This document shows positions 41,001 to 54,200 of a DNA stretch of 64,000 nt, in pieces. A model generated the notes under the pieces. It saw nothing but the letters and a program-made list of their open reading frames with translations. It was not told the origin of the DNA and did no database searches. Position 1 is the stretch's first letter; each line of letters starts with the position of its first letter. The DNA comes from Bugula neritina. Lineage: Eukaryota > Animalia > Bryozoa. The position numbers were made by a program, and so were the translations under genes. Location of the stretch: NCBI GenBank assembly GCA_964035545.1, contig OZ037766.1:20820767-20884766 (forward strand). The letters are read 5' to 3'.

Positions 41001-43610
41001 AAAAACACATACTATAATAGAAATAGAAAAGTATTTTTAACGAGGGTTCATGCAGCTCTTGTAGCCCTTCACATGTTAATTTGTAACTCTACTAAAGATT
41101 GTTGCAACCACCTGCAGCAAGTGTCACTCAATTTAAGATTCGGCTGCTCTACATTTTATTGTTTCATTACTTCATTTGGTCATTGGTTTCAGTTTTTTAT
41201 GTTTTTAATTAGAATATGTCAACTCTCCGAAGAGAACAGAAAAGATGACACTGAAAAGAGTTGTGGATTTTGTTAAAGACAAGGGAGATGAATCAATGAA
41301 TGAAAAATATAGAAAATGTCAAAGAATGTTGGAAGAAACGCTCACAAAAAATATATGCCTACAAAATGTACGTAAATCTGTAATATTTATGTTGTTCTTC
41401 CAGTAAACACACTGTAGCTGACGTCTGGTGACTATAGTAAATCGGAACTAACGATACACCTCACTCTCAGCTTGGAAATATTGTGGCCATCAATAAAATA
41501 TGTCTACAAACCCAAAAGTTTTAAGATGTATACAAAGACGTGGCAGATGCAGTCACAAAATGTTATAATACTTTGAAAAACAGTAATTTCTTGCTCAATA
41601 TAATTAATATACTTGAGTTCCTCATCTGTATGTTTGTGAAACACTTCAGGTCTTGGGTGTTAGTAGAATTTGAGACTGTGACTACACATGTGACTAATTA
41701 TATGGCCAACCATTTGACTACACATGTGACAAACCATGGTTAGTCACATGTGTAGTAACATGTGACTGATCATTCGACTACAGATATGACAAAACATGTG
41801 ACTACACATGTGACTAAACATGTGACTGTGTGACTACTGCAGCTATTCTATTAATTTAATCTTTTTGGAATGGGCCAATATTTAGAATGTGCTCCTTAAC
41901 TGATTATTTTAAAGCAGTAGACTTCAGAAATCTAAATTACTAGACTAGGCTAATATTTTAATAGACCTCTAAACCTCTGCATGCCGATCTTTAAGGATCT
42001 CCAATTTCATTATTCTAGAAAATGAATGCACACATATTCCGTTGTTATTCTCTCTATAGTAGGTGCCAGGTCAACATTTTTTTCTTTCTTTTCTTTCATG
42101 GCTGAGGACAATTGATTAAGTCTCCATAAATTCAAATCATGACACGATAAAGTATGTTGTTTGCATTTGTTTGTTATTTTTGTTGCCAGTTAGTTTTATA
42201 AACCTGAATGCGAACTAACAATAATTAAAATAACACACTTTTGTATAGTAGTATTATGTGAACTTTTTTTCTAAACCTCTCACCCTTTTGCCTAACCTAC
42301 TGTGAAACTCAGTGAGTATGAATTTTTAAAATATCTTCTTTTATAAACCTCCCTACATCTAAATTGTCTGGCATAGTTCTCTTTGGAAAGCACAACTTAA
42401 CTATTTGCCAGACTATGTATCTGTTTCTGTCATAAATTGATACATTTATCCCCATCAAAGTTAATTTGGCAGTAAGATGTATATTTATATAAATTATTTA
42501 GTTGCTGCTTTTTTAAAAGAGTATTATTTTTAGCTCAGCTGTGCAGTACTGCTGAATTTCAGGTTACTGTAGTTAGTATGTACTCATCACAGTAAAGAGG
42601 GCATCAACGAGTGCATCAACTTTCTCAACTAGCTGTACCTCTTGAGCCACTCAATGAAACATCTCTCTCTTGTAATTTTGTCTGAACCCTTGCGAAGCAG
42701 TGGTCTAGTTTTATATGTAAGATTCCGGCTCACTGGCTGTGTAGCATCTGGCATATTTTAAGTAATGAAAATATGTTACATAGAATATTATTTTAGGCCT
42801 CTTAAAAATCTATTTATAATTCCATTCAGGCACGGCACAATACCGAGGGGTTATATTATCAAATATACACCACATGAGTGGGGAATGTATTGTGCACTCA
42901 GCCGTCTTATCTAAATAAAATAGTGTGAAATGGAAACAATACCACTGCAGCAATTTTAAACAAGTCAAGTTTTTTTTATATTTTTATGGTCCCTAAGCAA
43001 TTACTTGGACACAATACATTGCAGCATGTTCTTGTAAGTTACTTAATTCATCTGCAACAATGTTTTGTTTCATAATTCATGTAGAATCTTTTGTATTAAA
43101 AACACACTTGGAGGTAGGATTTTTATTCACTAGCAAAATATATAGAACTCATGAGTTAAATGCATACAAAATCCTTTGATCAGAAACCCATTTGTTCAAA
43201 CTTTGTAATGTTTCTAGCATATAAATATAAAACCTCACTAAGCACAGCGCAACGATATGTAAGCTCCATATTCCGGCCTCTGCTGACCAATCGGTGATGG
43301 TAAAGTTTTGCCATTAACAGTACTATAATGTAAATATTTGGCATGAATCATGAATTTGTATTATTAGTAATGAGCATATTTTAAATCTTGGTGTATTGGA
43401 TTTGATAGTATTTGATAGTTTTAGCTAGGGTGGCTGTAGCATATGTTTTAGTTTGATTCTAGAAAAAAGGCACATAAAATATTCATTTTCTTGAAAACCA
43501 CCAATCAACTGTGTTCAGCTAATTTACTTTTCAGTTTGTTTTGTTTCTAGGATTTAGAGCAGTTGACCAAACAACTGTCACATGTCAAAGTTGAAAGCAG
43601 CAACAGTTAG
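23952..43610 (+). CDS. GRIPAP1: GRIP1-associated protein 1 (GRASP-1), coiled-coil, ~811 aa, 20 coding exons
   Basis: Exons 23952-23999 ([16 protein letters not shown]), 26677-26805 ([12 protein letters not shown]), 27633-27767 ([17 protein letters not shown]), 28341-28451, 28943-29073, 29274-29347, 29589-29716, 34540-34692 (KLKKKQ|ESF), 35272-35349, 35627-35857, 36291-36470, 36802-36915, 37300-37410, 37873-38004, 38247-38355, 39614-39789, 39930-40019, 40610-40700 (AMAEDLLKK), 41213-41367 (MLEETLTKN), 43551-43610. All phases are consistent (2436 nt). Confidence 0.92.
24005..24445. repeat. Degenerate 3/6-nt periodic low-complexity array at the start of the GRIPAP1 intron after exon 23952-23999
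   Basis: cttata cttact cttagt acagtt actgtt agtgtt attctt agtgat... produces stop-free T/L/S/V-rich pseudo-ORFs on both strands. Confidence 0.7.
26820..27055. repeat. AT-rich ~17-bp minisatellite (tataatattatatgtaa-like)
   Basis: About 13 degenerate units. Confidence 0.85.
28082..28290 (+). mobile_element. tRNA-derived SINE with Meta-domain-like core
   Basis: tRNA-like head with gttcgaatccc, then ggtgatgtcagaaagggtatccg, and a tail shared with the other copies. Confidence 0.7.
30936..33000 (-). pseudogene. ISL2EU/Harbinger-like DDE transposase, 5'-truncated
   Basis: IIDCTE, VMADRGF and RIHVERAI triad; HTH region LMKLRQGL. The upstream exon 33000-32568 begins with a THAP C-terminal-like PTPTLHLGY. 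Splicing 32568->31726 leaves a frameshift. Confidence 0.85.
33538..33700. mobile_element. 163-bp MITE nested in the right arm, ATT target-site duplication
   Basis: Perfect 14-bp TIR CACTGCGTTTCCAT/ATGGAAACGCAGTG. ATT at 33535-37 and 33701-03. Absent from the left arm. Confidence 0.92.
41676..41838. repeat. ~12-bp tandem/palindromic repeat (cacatgtgacta)
   Basis: About 7 CATGTG cores, with units in both orientations. Confidence 0.85.
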
Positions 43611-46253
43611 CGAAGTCAGCTGTAAGTTTGTAGAAAGAAGTAACAAACTGAAAGATATTTGCCACCACCAGCGTGAGCTAACTATCTCCAACGCAGACTG
43701 TCTGACTACTAATTGCTACTAGATCCTTTCTAAAAGCACTTCAACTATTCTACTGCATTATTGTACAAGATAGTCTGAGATTCTATATTCCAGTTCTTTT
43801 ACCTACACATCTAGGAGTTGTCATTCCTCTTGTTTATAATATAAATTAATGTGGATTTTATAATTTCAGCTTTTTTGAAATGTTGAAAATTTATTATATA
43901 TCTTTTTAAGAAGGTGCTATTTTTCAAATGCTTCTTCAACATTATGAAATAAAACAATAAATTATTGCTTCACACTTCCATGTAATTAAAAACATTGTAT
44001 TTTGCATTTCAACAGTGACAGTTTGCAGGTTGAGGTAGAGTTATATAAAACTAGCTACAAAGCTTTGTTCTACTTGCAATGTAAATGAATTGAGACTGCT
44101 AGACTAAGAATTAAATAACCAATAATATTTCTTTGTGCATTTATTATGAAAGCTCTCCTAAGATTTGATATTGCTTTGTTCTTGCTTATAAATCTTGTGT
44201 TATTCAATGTAAAACTTCATGAGTATTACAACTACACTGCAGTTATTGGCAATGATAGAGCTTGCATGTCGCACCACTAGGGAATAGAGTGTGCTTCCTA
44301 TAGTTCATGGTAGCTAAAGTATATGCGATTGCAGCTCTAATCATCACAACCCCCACTATACAGCAGCACAATCGCTCCACGTAAGTACAATCTTATAGAA
44401 TTAGAATATTTAATTCTCTTAAGCAGCTGTGTTATTGGAATCTAAATCAGCATTTGAAAATATCCCTGTTACAAGGAGTTATGCTCCTACCCTTGAGCTG
44501 TGTGGCTACAGTCTAGTTCATTAGTTATGCATGTGAGAATTAATTCTAGAAAATAGTTTATAGGAAGTAATGCTTTCTCATCAGGAGTTCAGCATTAAGT
44601 GCTGCACTAAAGTTGTTGCAGCTGAAGATGTTTTATTGACATTCATATATATATTTAAAACAGATCAACAGTGCTAACAACTATACAAGTCTAAAAGCCG
44701 TATTAATAGAACAATCGCTTAATATTGATTACACATATAACATTATCTACACTTTAGTGTATCGTGAATAACCTGCTTACTGTACACTCAGTTAGCTTAA
44801 TAAGTCATCTCACACTGGCCAGTTGGTAATTTGCACTGGCTTCTCTAATATATAGCAGCTAGCATTGATCCGTGTAAGTAGAAATATTAAGAGCCAATCG
44901 CTGAACTGTCAATTTCACACCAAACTGAAAGCTAAGACTATCCTGGCAGACAGCACTTGGAATACAGGCATCAGCCAATCAACTTCATGGCTTCATCTAC
45001 TCAACTAGATCTGCTTGATTCCTCCAATACATATTATTGTCAGGTTCATTAATACTATTTTCATCAAAGCTGGATTGCTATTACTGCTGCTATGATTTCA
45101 TCATTATTTAATATTACATATCAGTTAGTATTGGGAGTTTTTGTGTTTATATATTCTAGCATGAGATATTATTAATATCAAAAGATCAATGAGCATTTAT
45201 TAAGTCTCTTATTTGGTCTGATATACAAACTACAGTTGCAGCTGCTCTATTTTTTAGCTTTCATTCCCTCGCAGTGCTTAGTCGAGGCTGGTGAATAACA
45301 ACTAAATGATATTGTAAATACGTAAAGCAGGAGCAAATACCTCGTGACTCATCCCAACACTACACCGTTACTGCCATCTAAAGTGAAGGATAGAAGCTTT
45401 TAGGCTGGCACTAGTGTAAGTACAGCAATCTAACTTCAGAGTCTCACACATTTACTTTACTCTAGCTCACAATACCTAATATTTTACTCATTGTCACTAA
45501 AAGCAATGAACGTGTTACGTGGTTGATTGTAATTTACTGCTTTTTGATGAAAAAGTTGTGCTGATTGTTTGGTTCAGACAGTTTGATTTCGTTGATTGGT
45601 GAGCAAATGAATAATGATATTTTAGTCTTGCCAAATAAGACGCACACAATCACCATAACTGTACTCCAGCATAGAATTTCAATCTCTAAATTATGTCTAA
45701 GAATTGTGGCTTGAAGCTTAGGTTGAACATCTCCAGAGAACATGACTTCTTTTGCAAGATTTTCATGAACCATTATAATACTTGTTCAAATATCTCCAAT
45801 CCTGCACCATTCTAAAAGTTCACAGTGCTCAAATTAGACTAGTCTTTGTCCACAAGTCTACCTGCAACTTTGTAAGAGTAAATGGGTACAATAAGTTTTG
45901 CTGTTTGCTTAGTGGTGACACATTTAAATTTACCCACCCTTGTAACCCCATCCTGAACGCTCTATTTAACCAATACAACGTAGTAATGAGAAGCCTTGGA
46001 ATAGCTTACAATCACACTGACAAAACTTTGTAGCTAGACTAGTAAAGTTCGAGTCAGCCTGTTATTTAGCTTGAATGGATTTTATGAGCAATTTGCAAAA
46101 AGAGTTCAAGTCACAAGTCTGAGACAAGCTGAGGAACTGTGAATTATAACTTACTATTTTATGTACTTCTGTATTAGAGTTGTTTGCTAAGATCTTGCAG
46201 ATTCTTAGTACTTATAACTTAACACTTGCTGTTACTAATCAGCTGTGAGTCTA

Positions 46254-46431
<178 letters not shown>

Positions 46432-47190
46432 AATTACAATGCTCCTTCCGTATTTCACTAAGCTTCGGGTTCGAAACCTCTATTCCTGTCATAGTAGAAT
46501 ACCAGATTTAACTTATGCATCGCTAAATTTGCCCATTTTGTCCCTATACACACATGCATAAACCACAAAAAGGGCACTGTAAATTTATACTTTAACAGTT
46601 CTATTCAGGAAAAACTTAGTTGGTATTGAGGGCTTTTCCTCCAACCTGGCAACCAGCCCAGCCAATAACAACACAGCATCTGCAGTCTCTAACTTTTTGG
46701 CTGTTGTAACTAGTCTTTTATTTGGTTATGGTTGTTTATTGATCTCTATCTACTATAACTTTTTCACCAAATCATTATTAATTAATATTAAGTTGGCAGT
46801 TTACAAAGTCATATACAAACGTATTAAGAATGTGCAGTAATTCTATAGCAGGGGTAGAAGAAAGACCTAATATTTTCAACTTCTTAAAAGCAAAAACAAA
46901 AAAATATCAGAAATTAAAGATTGAGCTTTTTATTGTATACTTGAACTTTAAGCAAAATTATTGCAAGTTTTAATTTATGGTAACATTAAAAATTACAAAT
47001 TACTACTTGTGTATATATAAAAGTGGTAAAGAATTTATAGTATTTGGTTTTTCAGTAAAATATAGTTTTTTGAAACAACTAATTTGATTTTTTAACTAAT
47101 TGGCTTGTAGATTTGGAGTAACAGTTTATTTGATATTAATGCCAAGGTATGCTATCTTTGGGGGTAGCTTCTTAAAGACATTCGATCAAA

Positions 47191-47266
47191 TGGCTTACCT
47201 GTAACATCATATGGCTCACCTGTAGCACCATAGGGCTCACCTGTAACACCATAGGGCTCACCTGTA
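47191..47266. repeat. 21-bp tandem repeat (ggctcacctgtaacaccatag), ~3.5 copies
   Basis: Directly visible. Confidence 0.85.
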
Positions 47267-50200
47267 ATTATGTAAAGTTATTTCACAGTACGGTTTCCGG
47301 TCAAACATACTGTGTTGCTAATGGAAAAGCTAGGGATTTGAATACACAGAGGCTACAAAGGATTTAGTACGAGAGCTGCTGTAGAAAATGTAAATATTGC
47401 CGTAGCTGTGATGCTTCTTGAGCTACATTACGCATGTGTCACAGAAAAGCCAGTGTGTTACGTAACAATGTGTGTGTGTGTCACAGAACAAACTGCATAT
47501 ACATTAATCACATTTCAAACTGTTCAATAAAGCCAAAGGCCCTGCATCCCTGCAATCATTCCAGTGTCTCTTTATATGATAAGCAGACTCTTGATCTGCA
47601 CAAGTGCATTCTCAGATGTAGCCCTGGGGCTGAACTGTATTTATAGAGTTATGATTGACAAGCTTGACGTAGATCTTGCTTCTCAACTATGCTTGTGGGA
47701 ATTTACTGCTAATGGACATTATCATCATATGCAGTACTGTACATGTAGTAAAGTATCTGTTAGATTGCAGTTGAATTATAGCCATCTGCACATTATATAC
47801 ATAAAGACACATAATTGTATAAAGAAATATAAATTTTATATTTTATATATTCTACAAATGTAAAAAGTTATTATTAGAAGTACAGTATTAGTTATAGTAC
47901 AACTATGAATTTCATTAAAAATACTATATAGAACAAATACATTAAATTACATTATAATTTATTCTAATTATATTATTCGCCTATTGCAATATATTATATT
48001 ATATTACTATACTATATTATATTACATTATACATTTTGTGATGTTGCGAAATGCATAAAATTATATAATTGCTTTTACAAATACATATTTAACCCAACGT
48101 AGCTATTCAATCATGATGTGACTTGGTCGATTTTTTCACTGCTTTGTGAGTCTGCTGTATTATTAGAATATATGAAACCAGTTGCACCATCAGAAGTAGA
48201 GATTAACAGTATTAAACTTGGGGAAACTTGTAAGTTTTGTGATCTAAAGATTGTTCTGTGAAACGTTTCATGTATAGTTTTATTGTACAAAGAGTAATTT
48301 TTGAGAACTGTTTGTCAAAGCCACTGCTTTAAATCACCTCTGGAACTGAGAACATAGTTGCCACATATATTCACATGTAGTATCCCAGCTGCTGCTGTGA
48401 GTGCTAGTTGACATTCATATATTCTTGCCTACTGGTTCAATCACAAATGCGCTAACCTTTTGTCGGTGGAAACTTTACCATCGTAAAGGTTGATGCATAA
48501 TTCATAATCTTCATATCTCCCACGCATAGCAACTTTGGCTGCAAGTATTGCATTAATTATAACGGCATATAAAATCTAGCAGTAAACTTCTGTTAGTATA
48601 GAGTGTTATAACTCAGTACTCTGCAGGGTGCTAGGGTTTGAAAGCTACGTAATGTATTCATCTACTGGTTATGTAGGTGAAAGGATATTATGCAGATAGA
48701 TACATGAATGTGGCCTTTCTAATTACCTCAACACATCTAATTATTAAGCTTTTTACTACGAAATGACTTGCTGGCTTTTAAATTATCTTCCTATATTTAC
48801 AGTTGCCTTGTGTGCCAACTAAGACGTAGGGTTTGAATATAATATATCTTACAAATTTTTTGGCCACAACCCAAAATCGGCATTTTGATACAACCACCTT
48901 GTTTTCTGTACTTTACTTCTTAGGGAGGCCTAGCTCCTTTATTTTCACTATTTACAATGGCATTTTAAAGGACTTAAAAAGAATAGCTTTTTACTACTTG
49001 CTGCAATGAACAATCTGTATCTCAAAACATAATACTTTGGCTCGAGCTTTAAAGTAAAAGTCATAATTTTTATCCTGAACTGATATGAAATGATAAAATA
49101 AAAAGTATATATAAATGAAAATTGGCTTAAAAACTGAATTTTGCAATGCTGGGCAATTTATTTTATTTGATATCGTTTCGCCTAGGGTGCCGTGATAAAA
49201 GAGTCATTGATTTGCATTAACACAGCTTTATTTCTATTTTCACACCCTAGCTTTATATTACTAGCATTGCTAAGTTGGCTCTCACTGCGTGTGTGCACTC
49301 TAATTATTCCAATATTGATCTGCAGTAAATATTTTTTTCAACTCTTGCTGACACTGTTAGCCGCAGCTTAGTAGCTACTGTCACTGCACCTAGCTATTGA
49401 AAAATGGAATAATATTGGCATACCATGAACCATGAACCAAAATAGTAAGCTTAAAGATTAAACAGATTGGTCTTTATTCTACGGTTTCCAAATTATTGCC
49501 ACATATATAAAAAGCTCTTGCACTTACTGACACATACAATTCGACAAAAATTTCATCAACTCAAATGTCTATTATATTATGCAGGCCCAGGTAAACCTTA
49601 TTTGCTGTGATTTTTCTCTATTGCTGGCAGTTATTTGTCAATTGCAAGCAGATAACAGAAAATATTTATAACCATTCTGAACTAAAGCGTCAGTTTCCCT
49701 TAGAGAATTGTGGGAGATCTGCCATTAATATTCAATGAAGGAGTTTTTAGATTATTTTCCCTGACACATCCAGTTGGGATTACACTAGCCTGGATTCTAG
49801 TTATTTATTGAACAGTTTGCTTTGACACCTACACACTTTACATATTATATTATATTATTATACTACAAACTTTACATACTGTTGTGATGTTGTATTATAC
49901 TACACACTTTACATATTATATTATATTATGCTACATATTTCACATACTGTCGTGATGTTATATCATATAAATTAGACAGCTTGAAAAATATGTTGCAGTG
50001 TTTTGCAGACTTGAAGCAGACTAACATGAAACCATGTATTCAAACTTTCCTTATTTTTTTGTCATGGCTTTTGTATAATTGGAAATGATAAATAAGTAAA
50101 CATCATAATTGTAGGTTGAAAGCTTATCTCCAACAGAGTTTTGTTGCATGTACCTAAAATTTTCTAAAAATATTTAAGTATTTACAGAAAAGACCATGTT

Positions 50201-51237
50201 GCCCATAATTAGTCATATAATTTTAATTTCTTATCTCGTGATTAACAAACTATTAATAAATGTTGAATATACATTTTAAATTGTATGGTTCAAAAGTTGC
50301 ATTATACGATCAATTAATTTTTTAATATATAGTTGGCTTATTATTTTAAATTTAAATTGTGCAATCAACTATTAAAAATTAGATAAAATTTCAACAGCAA
50401 AAATTAGTTCATGTAAATATTACTTTCTTCACAATTCAAGTTTACCTCATAGATTTGTAAATGAAATAAAGGCAGTTTAGAAAGTTAATCATATTATTAT
50501 ATATAACTTTCAGTTGCACTTCTTGACCATATGAAGGTATGAAACAACCAAGCATGGCTTATTACCAAGTCAAGCTTCTAAATATCGTAGCAGTCACTTG
50601 TGTTGACCACTCACTTCAATCCCAACAGCTTCTCTTGTTTCAGAACTGTATTCATCATGGGAGAGATTTGGTTTTCAAAGATATGTTTGAATGTCACTGC
50701 TGGATTTTCATCTATTAAATGAAAGTAACATGACAATATATAAGTCATTGGGGAAGGAAAATATGGTGTGTGGGAAATTAATTTGCAAATTTTATCAGCT
50801 GCAAAAGACTCTGTATTGATTTGCCATGAGTCTGTGTCTCTTCACTTGAAATGAAGTAAAACTATCTCTACAACCAAAATGCCAAATGAGTGTAGTTTTT
50901 CATATAACAGAACTCTCACAACCTAATCAACTTATGTAAATTGTATTGGCTTAAATTAACACTTAGCATATCTTTGCAAGTTTAGCTGCAGCTGGGATAT
51001 TTTAATAACTGAATTGAATTATAATAGAGTTGCAACTTCCAGAGTAGGTAGGCCCTGTTGCGATATTGATTTAACATAATTATTCTTATAGTATAATGTA
51101 AAACATTATATTCTTCCATGAAGATTAATTGCTATAGCTATCAATTAGTCCTGTGTAAAATTGTATATTCTACTAGAATATATTGTGTTGCAGTTTGTTG
51201 TACTGTAGTGCATATTTTGCATTCTACAGGAAACAAG

Positions 51238-54200
51238 ATGGCGTCTGTAGCAGCCTGGTTACCAATAGCTCGAGCATCTGCTATAGGATGGGTGCCCATA
51301 GCTCAAAATCCAATGCCAACGTCACCCAACACTGTCAAAAGTCACAGATCCGATGAGAGACTAAAAATTAACGTGAGTGGTAGGGTGTTTGAAGTGTGGC
51401 GAAATACTTTGGAGAAATATCCAGACACATTACTCGGGTCCAATGAAAAAGAATTCTTTCTAGATGGTGAATCAGGTGAATACTTTTTTGATAGAGATCC
51501 CGATGTCTTCAAAAATGTTCTAAATTTCTATCGCACTGGTAAGCTGCACTACCCTAAGAATGAATGCGTATCGTCTTACGACGAGGAGCTAGCGTTCTTT
51601 GGCATCATGCCTGATGTTATTGGAGACTGCTGTTATGAAGAATATCGTGACAGGAAGAGAGAAACACAAGAACGGCTGATTGACGACAAGGATCCAGATA
51701 ATGTAGAAGCCATATCAGAAATGACCTTGAGAGAAAAGATGTGGAAATCATTCGAGGATCCCCAGTCTAGTACAATAGCTCTTGTATTCTATTATGTAAC
51801 TGGGTTCTTTATAGCCGTGTCTGTACTCACTAACGTCACCGAGACCATCCCGTGTGGAGAAATACCAGGTACAGATGTGAACATGCCCTGTGGAGACAGA
51901 TATGAAGATGGCTTCTTTGTTGTAGACACAGCCTGTGTAATGATTTTTACCGTAGAATATCTTCTTAGACTGTATGCAGCACCAAATAGATGCAACTTTA
52001 TGCGAAGCATCATGAGTATTATCGACGTTGTAGCTATATTACCGTATTATATTGGACTCGCTATAACAGAAAATGATGATGTCAGCGGTGCATTCGTTAC
52101 TCTCCGGGTCTTCAGAGTTTTTCGTATTTTCAAATTTAGCAGACACTCCCAAGGGTTGCGAATCTTGGGCTATACCTTACAAAGTTGTGCCAGCGAACTG
52201 GGATTCCTTCTCTTCTCCATCAGCATGGCCATCATCATATTCTCTACAATCATGTTTTATGCTGAGAAAAACCAAGAAAATACAAAGTTTGTGAGCATAC
52301 CAGCTGCATTCTGGTATACCATAGTCACTATGACCACACTGGGGTAAGTATTAAACATTGCTAGCTATATTCATACTATTCCAATGCAACCATATAATCA
52401 CTATTTACTACTTTAATGATATATTATTGTTGTAATTATTTACTGTATTTGAAGCAATTGATTAATGATTGCAATTCAGCATGTTGAATCAACTCAAATT
52501 GAGTATCTTCTATTGAAAGAAGGAATTTCAATGGGATGTGTTGAAAACAGATAATGGACCATTTAGGCATATAGAAAGTTCCGATATGAATATTAGCCCC
52601 ATAAGGTTTACTTGCTGAAATCTACTCTATATTGTACCATATTCCTCTCACTATGCAAAGAAAGTCCAGTATTAAATGAGATAATTATGCGCGTCTAAGA
52701 GTATAATATGTTAAGTATAATAATAAGATATTATGCAAATACAAACAGATTTGTAGAGTATGTAGCAGCAGTTAAACCAGCGTCTAGCTTTCTCTGACAT
52801 TTCCTAGGGCTTCATTATAACCTAGCTATCTTTGCATTGCTGGTTATTGCCCTCACTACAGCTTGCTCAGATAAATTACTGCTTATTTAATAACGCATAA
52901 AAACTTGCCTTATAGTGTATGACTAATTTACTTTCAGTTGCAAGAAGCACCATCTTTATTACTTGCTGTCACTTTGAGCAGTATTTATATTCATTTGGAT
53001 GCTTAAATCTTATAGCAAATCGATGTAAAGATTCATGGATGAAAAACTAGTTAAGTATAGTTATGGTGATTTTGGCTCGAAATAAGTGCTTCGAGCTATG
53101 CATTAGCAGATGCAATTTTCTGCAGGACTGTTATACTGATAGCCTAATGACTTATCAGTGCGTTCAGCACACTTCACTCAGTAAACCTTCTGCCGAACAA
53201 TAGCTTTTGATACATGTATCAATATTTGTGAACTGACCTGCGTGAAAATCAAGTAGCTATTAGCCACTGCAATGTACATTCAACTGTTAAACAATAGAAG
53301 AAACTGATGTAACTGTCTACGAAGGCAACGACCATTGCAATAGAGACAGCTGAAATTTACAATCCAAACTTGTGTTGCATGCAAGTAGTTACTTTAATTT
53401 TAGAACAATATATGTACTTGTTTGTGACTGATGAAAAAGGTATTCAACAGAATCTGTTTTAATCATAAGCGAAGTGCTACAATGTTTTGTATAAAATGGG
53501 CCCTTAAATTATGTAATAGATTATTATAATACACCGTAAGCTAGTTAATTATTAGAATTCTTAGGTGTTTAGTAATCAGGCAAATCGGATAAAAAATTAT
53601 CATTAAGGGGATTAAGAAAATTTGGATAACTTTTAATAAACCCGTGCTAGCTATTTTAAACTAATTAATTTGATTACTTAAGGTTGTATTACTGTATTAC
53701 GATATTACTTTCTCTCCTGGGTGGGATAACCTGTGGTGAAGAATCCGCTTGTGTTTAGTAAATATAAGCGCACACCTGGATGCAGGCTATTTATAACTCT
53801 ACACCTACACTGGTGATGACTCTAATTCCAAGACAGTTTACTATATAGCATATCGAAGGCAGAGTCTTGCATGCCTTACTTTCACAAGTTTTCAACTGAT
53901 AACTGTTATTGCATATAATATTTGCATATTATAACTTCTGCAAGCCTATGCTGTACTAAAAGCCTTGGTAATTAAATTGCTAAATGCTACTACAATCTTC
54001 AGCACTGCCTAATATTTGGGCTTATATGCTGTAAGATAGCCTTTACTGATTTTCATGCCTACAGTGGAAAAATAAAGGCAGAGTATACTATGTAGTAGTG
54101 GTGCTAAAATAAGGCAGCTTGACAATATAAGCAGTATAATGAAGTGCAAACTGTTGCAGCTGCGCTCTTAGTCCTGACTATTCTGTTAATCTCGTTAGCT

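Noticed and set aside
45530-46130. Possible LINE reverse-transcriptase remnant
   Set aside because: Coding-like composition, but no motif I can identify confidently.
47191-47266. CRISPR-like repeat
   Set aside because: Head-to-tail tandem repeat with no spacers, in eukaryotic DNA with no cas genes.
51118-51237. 40-aa N-terminal extension of Kv4 in the ORF track
   Set aside because: The conserved Kv4 start is MASVAAWLP at 51238 and a good acceptor ends at 51229, so the extension is probably intron.
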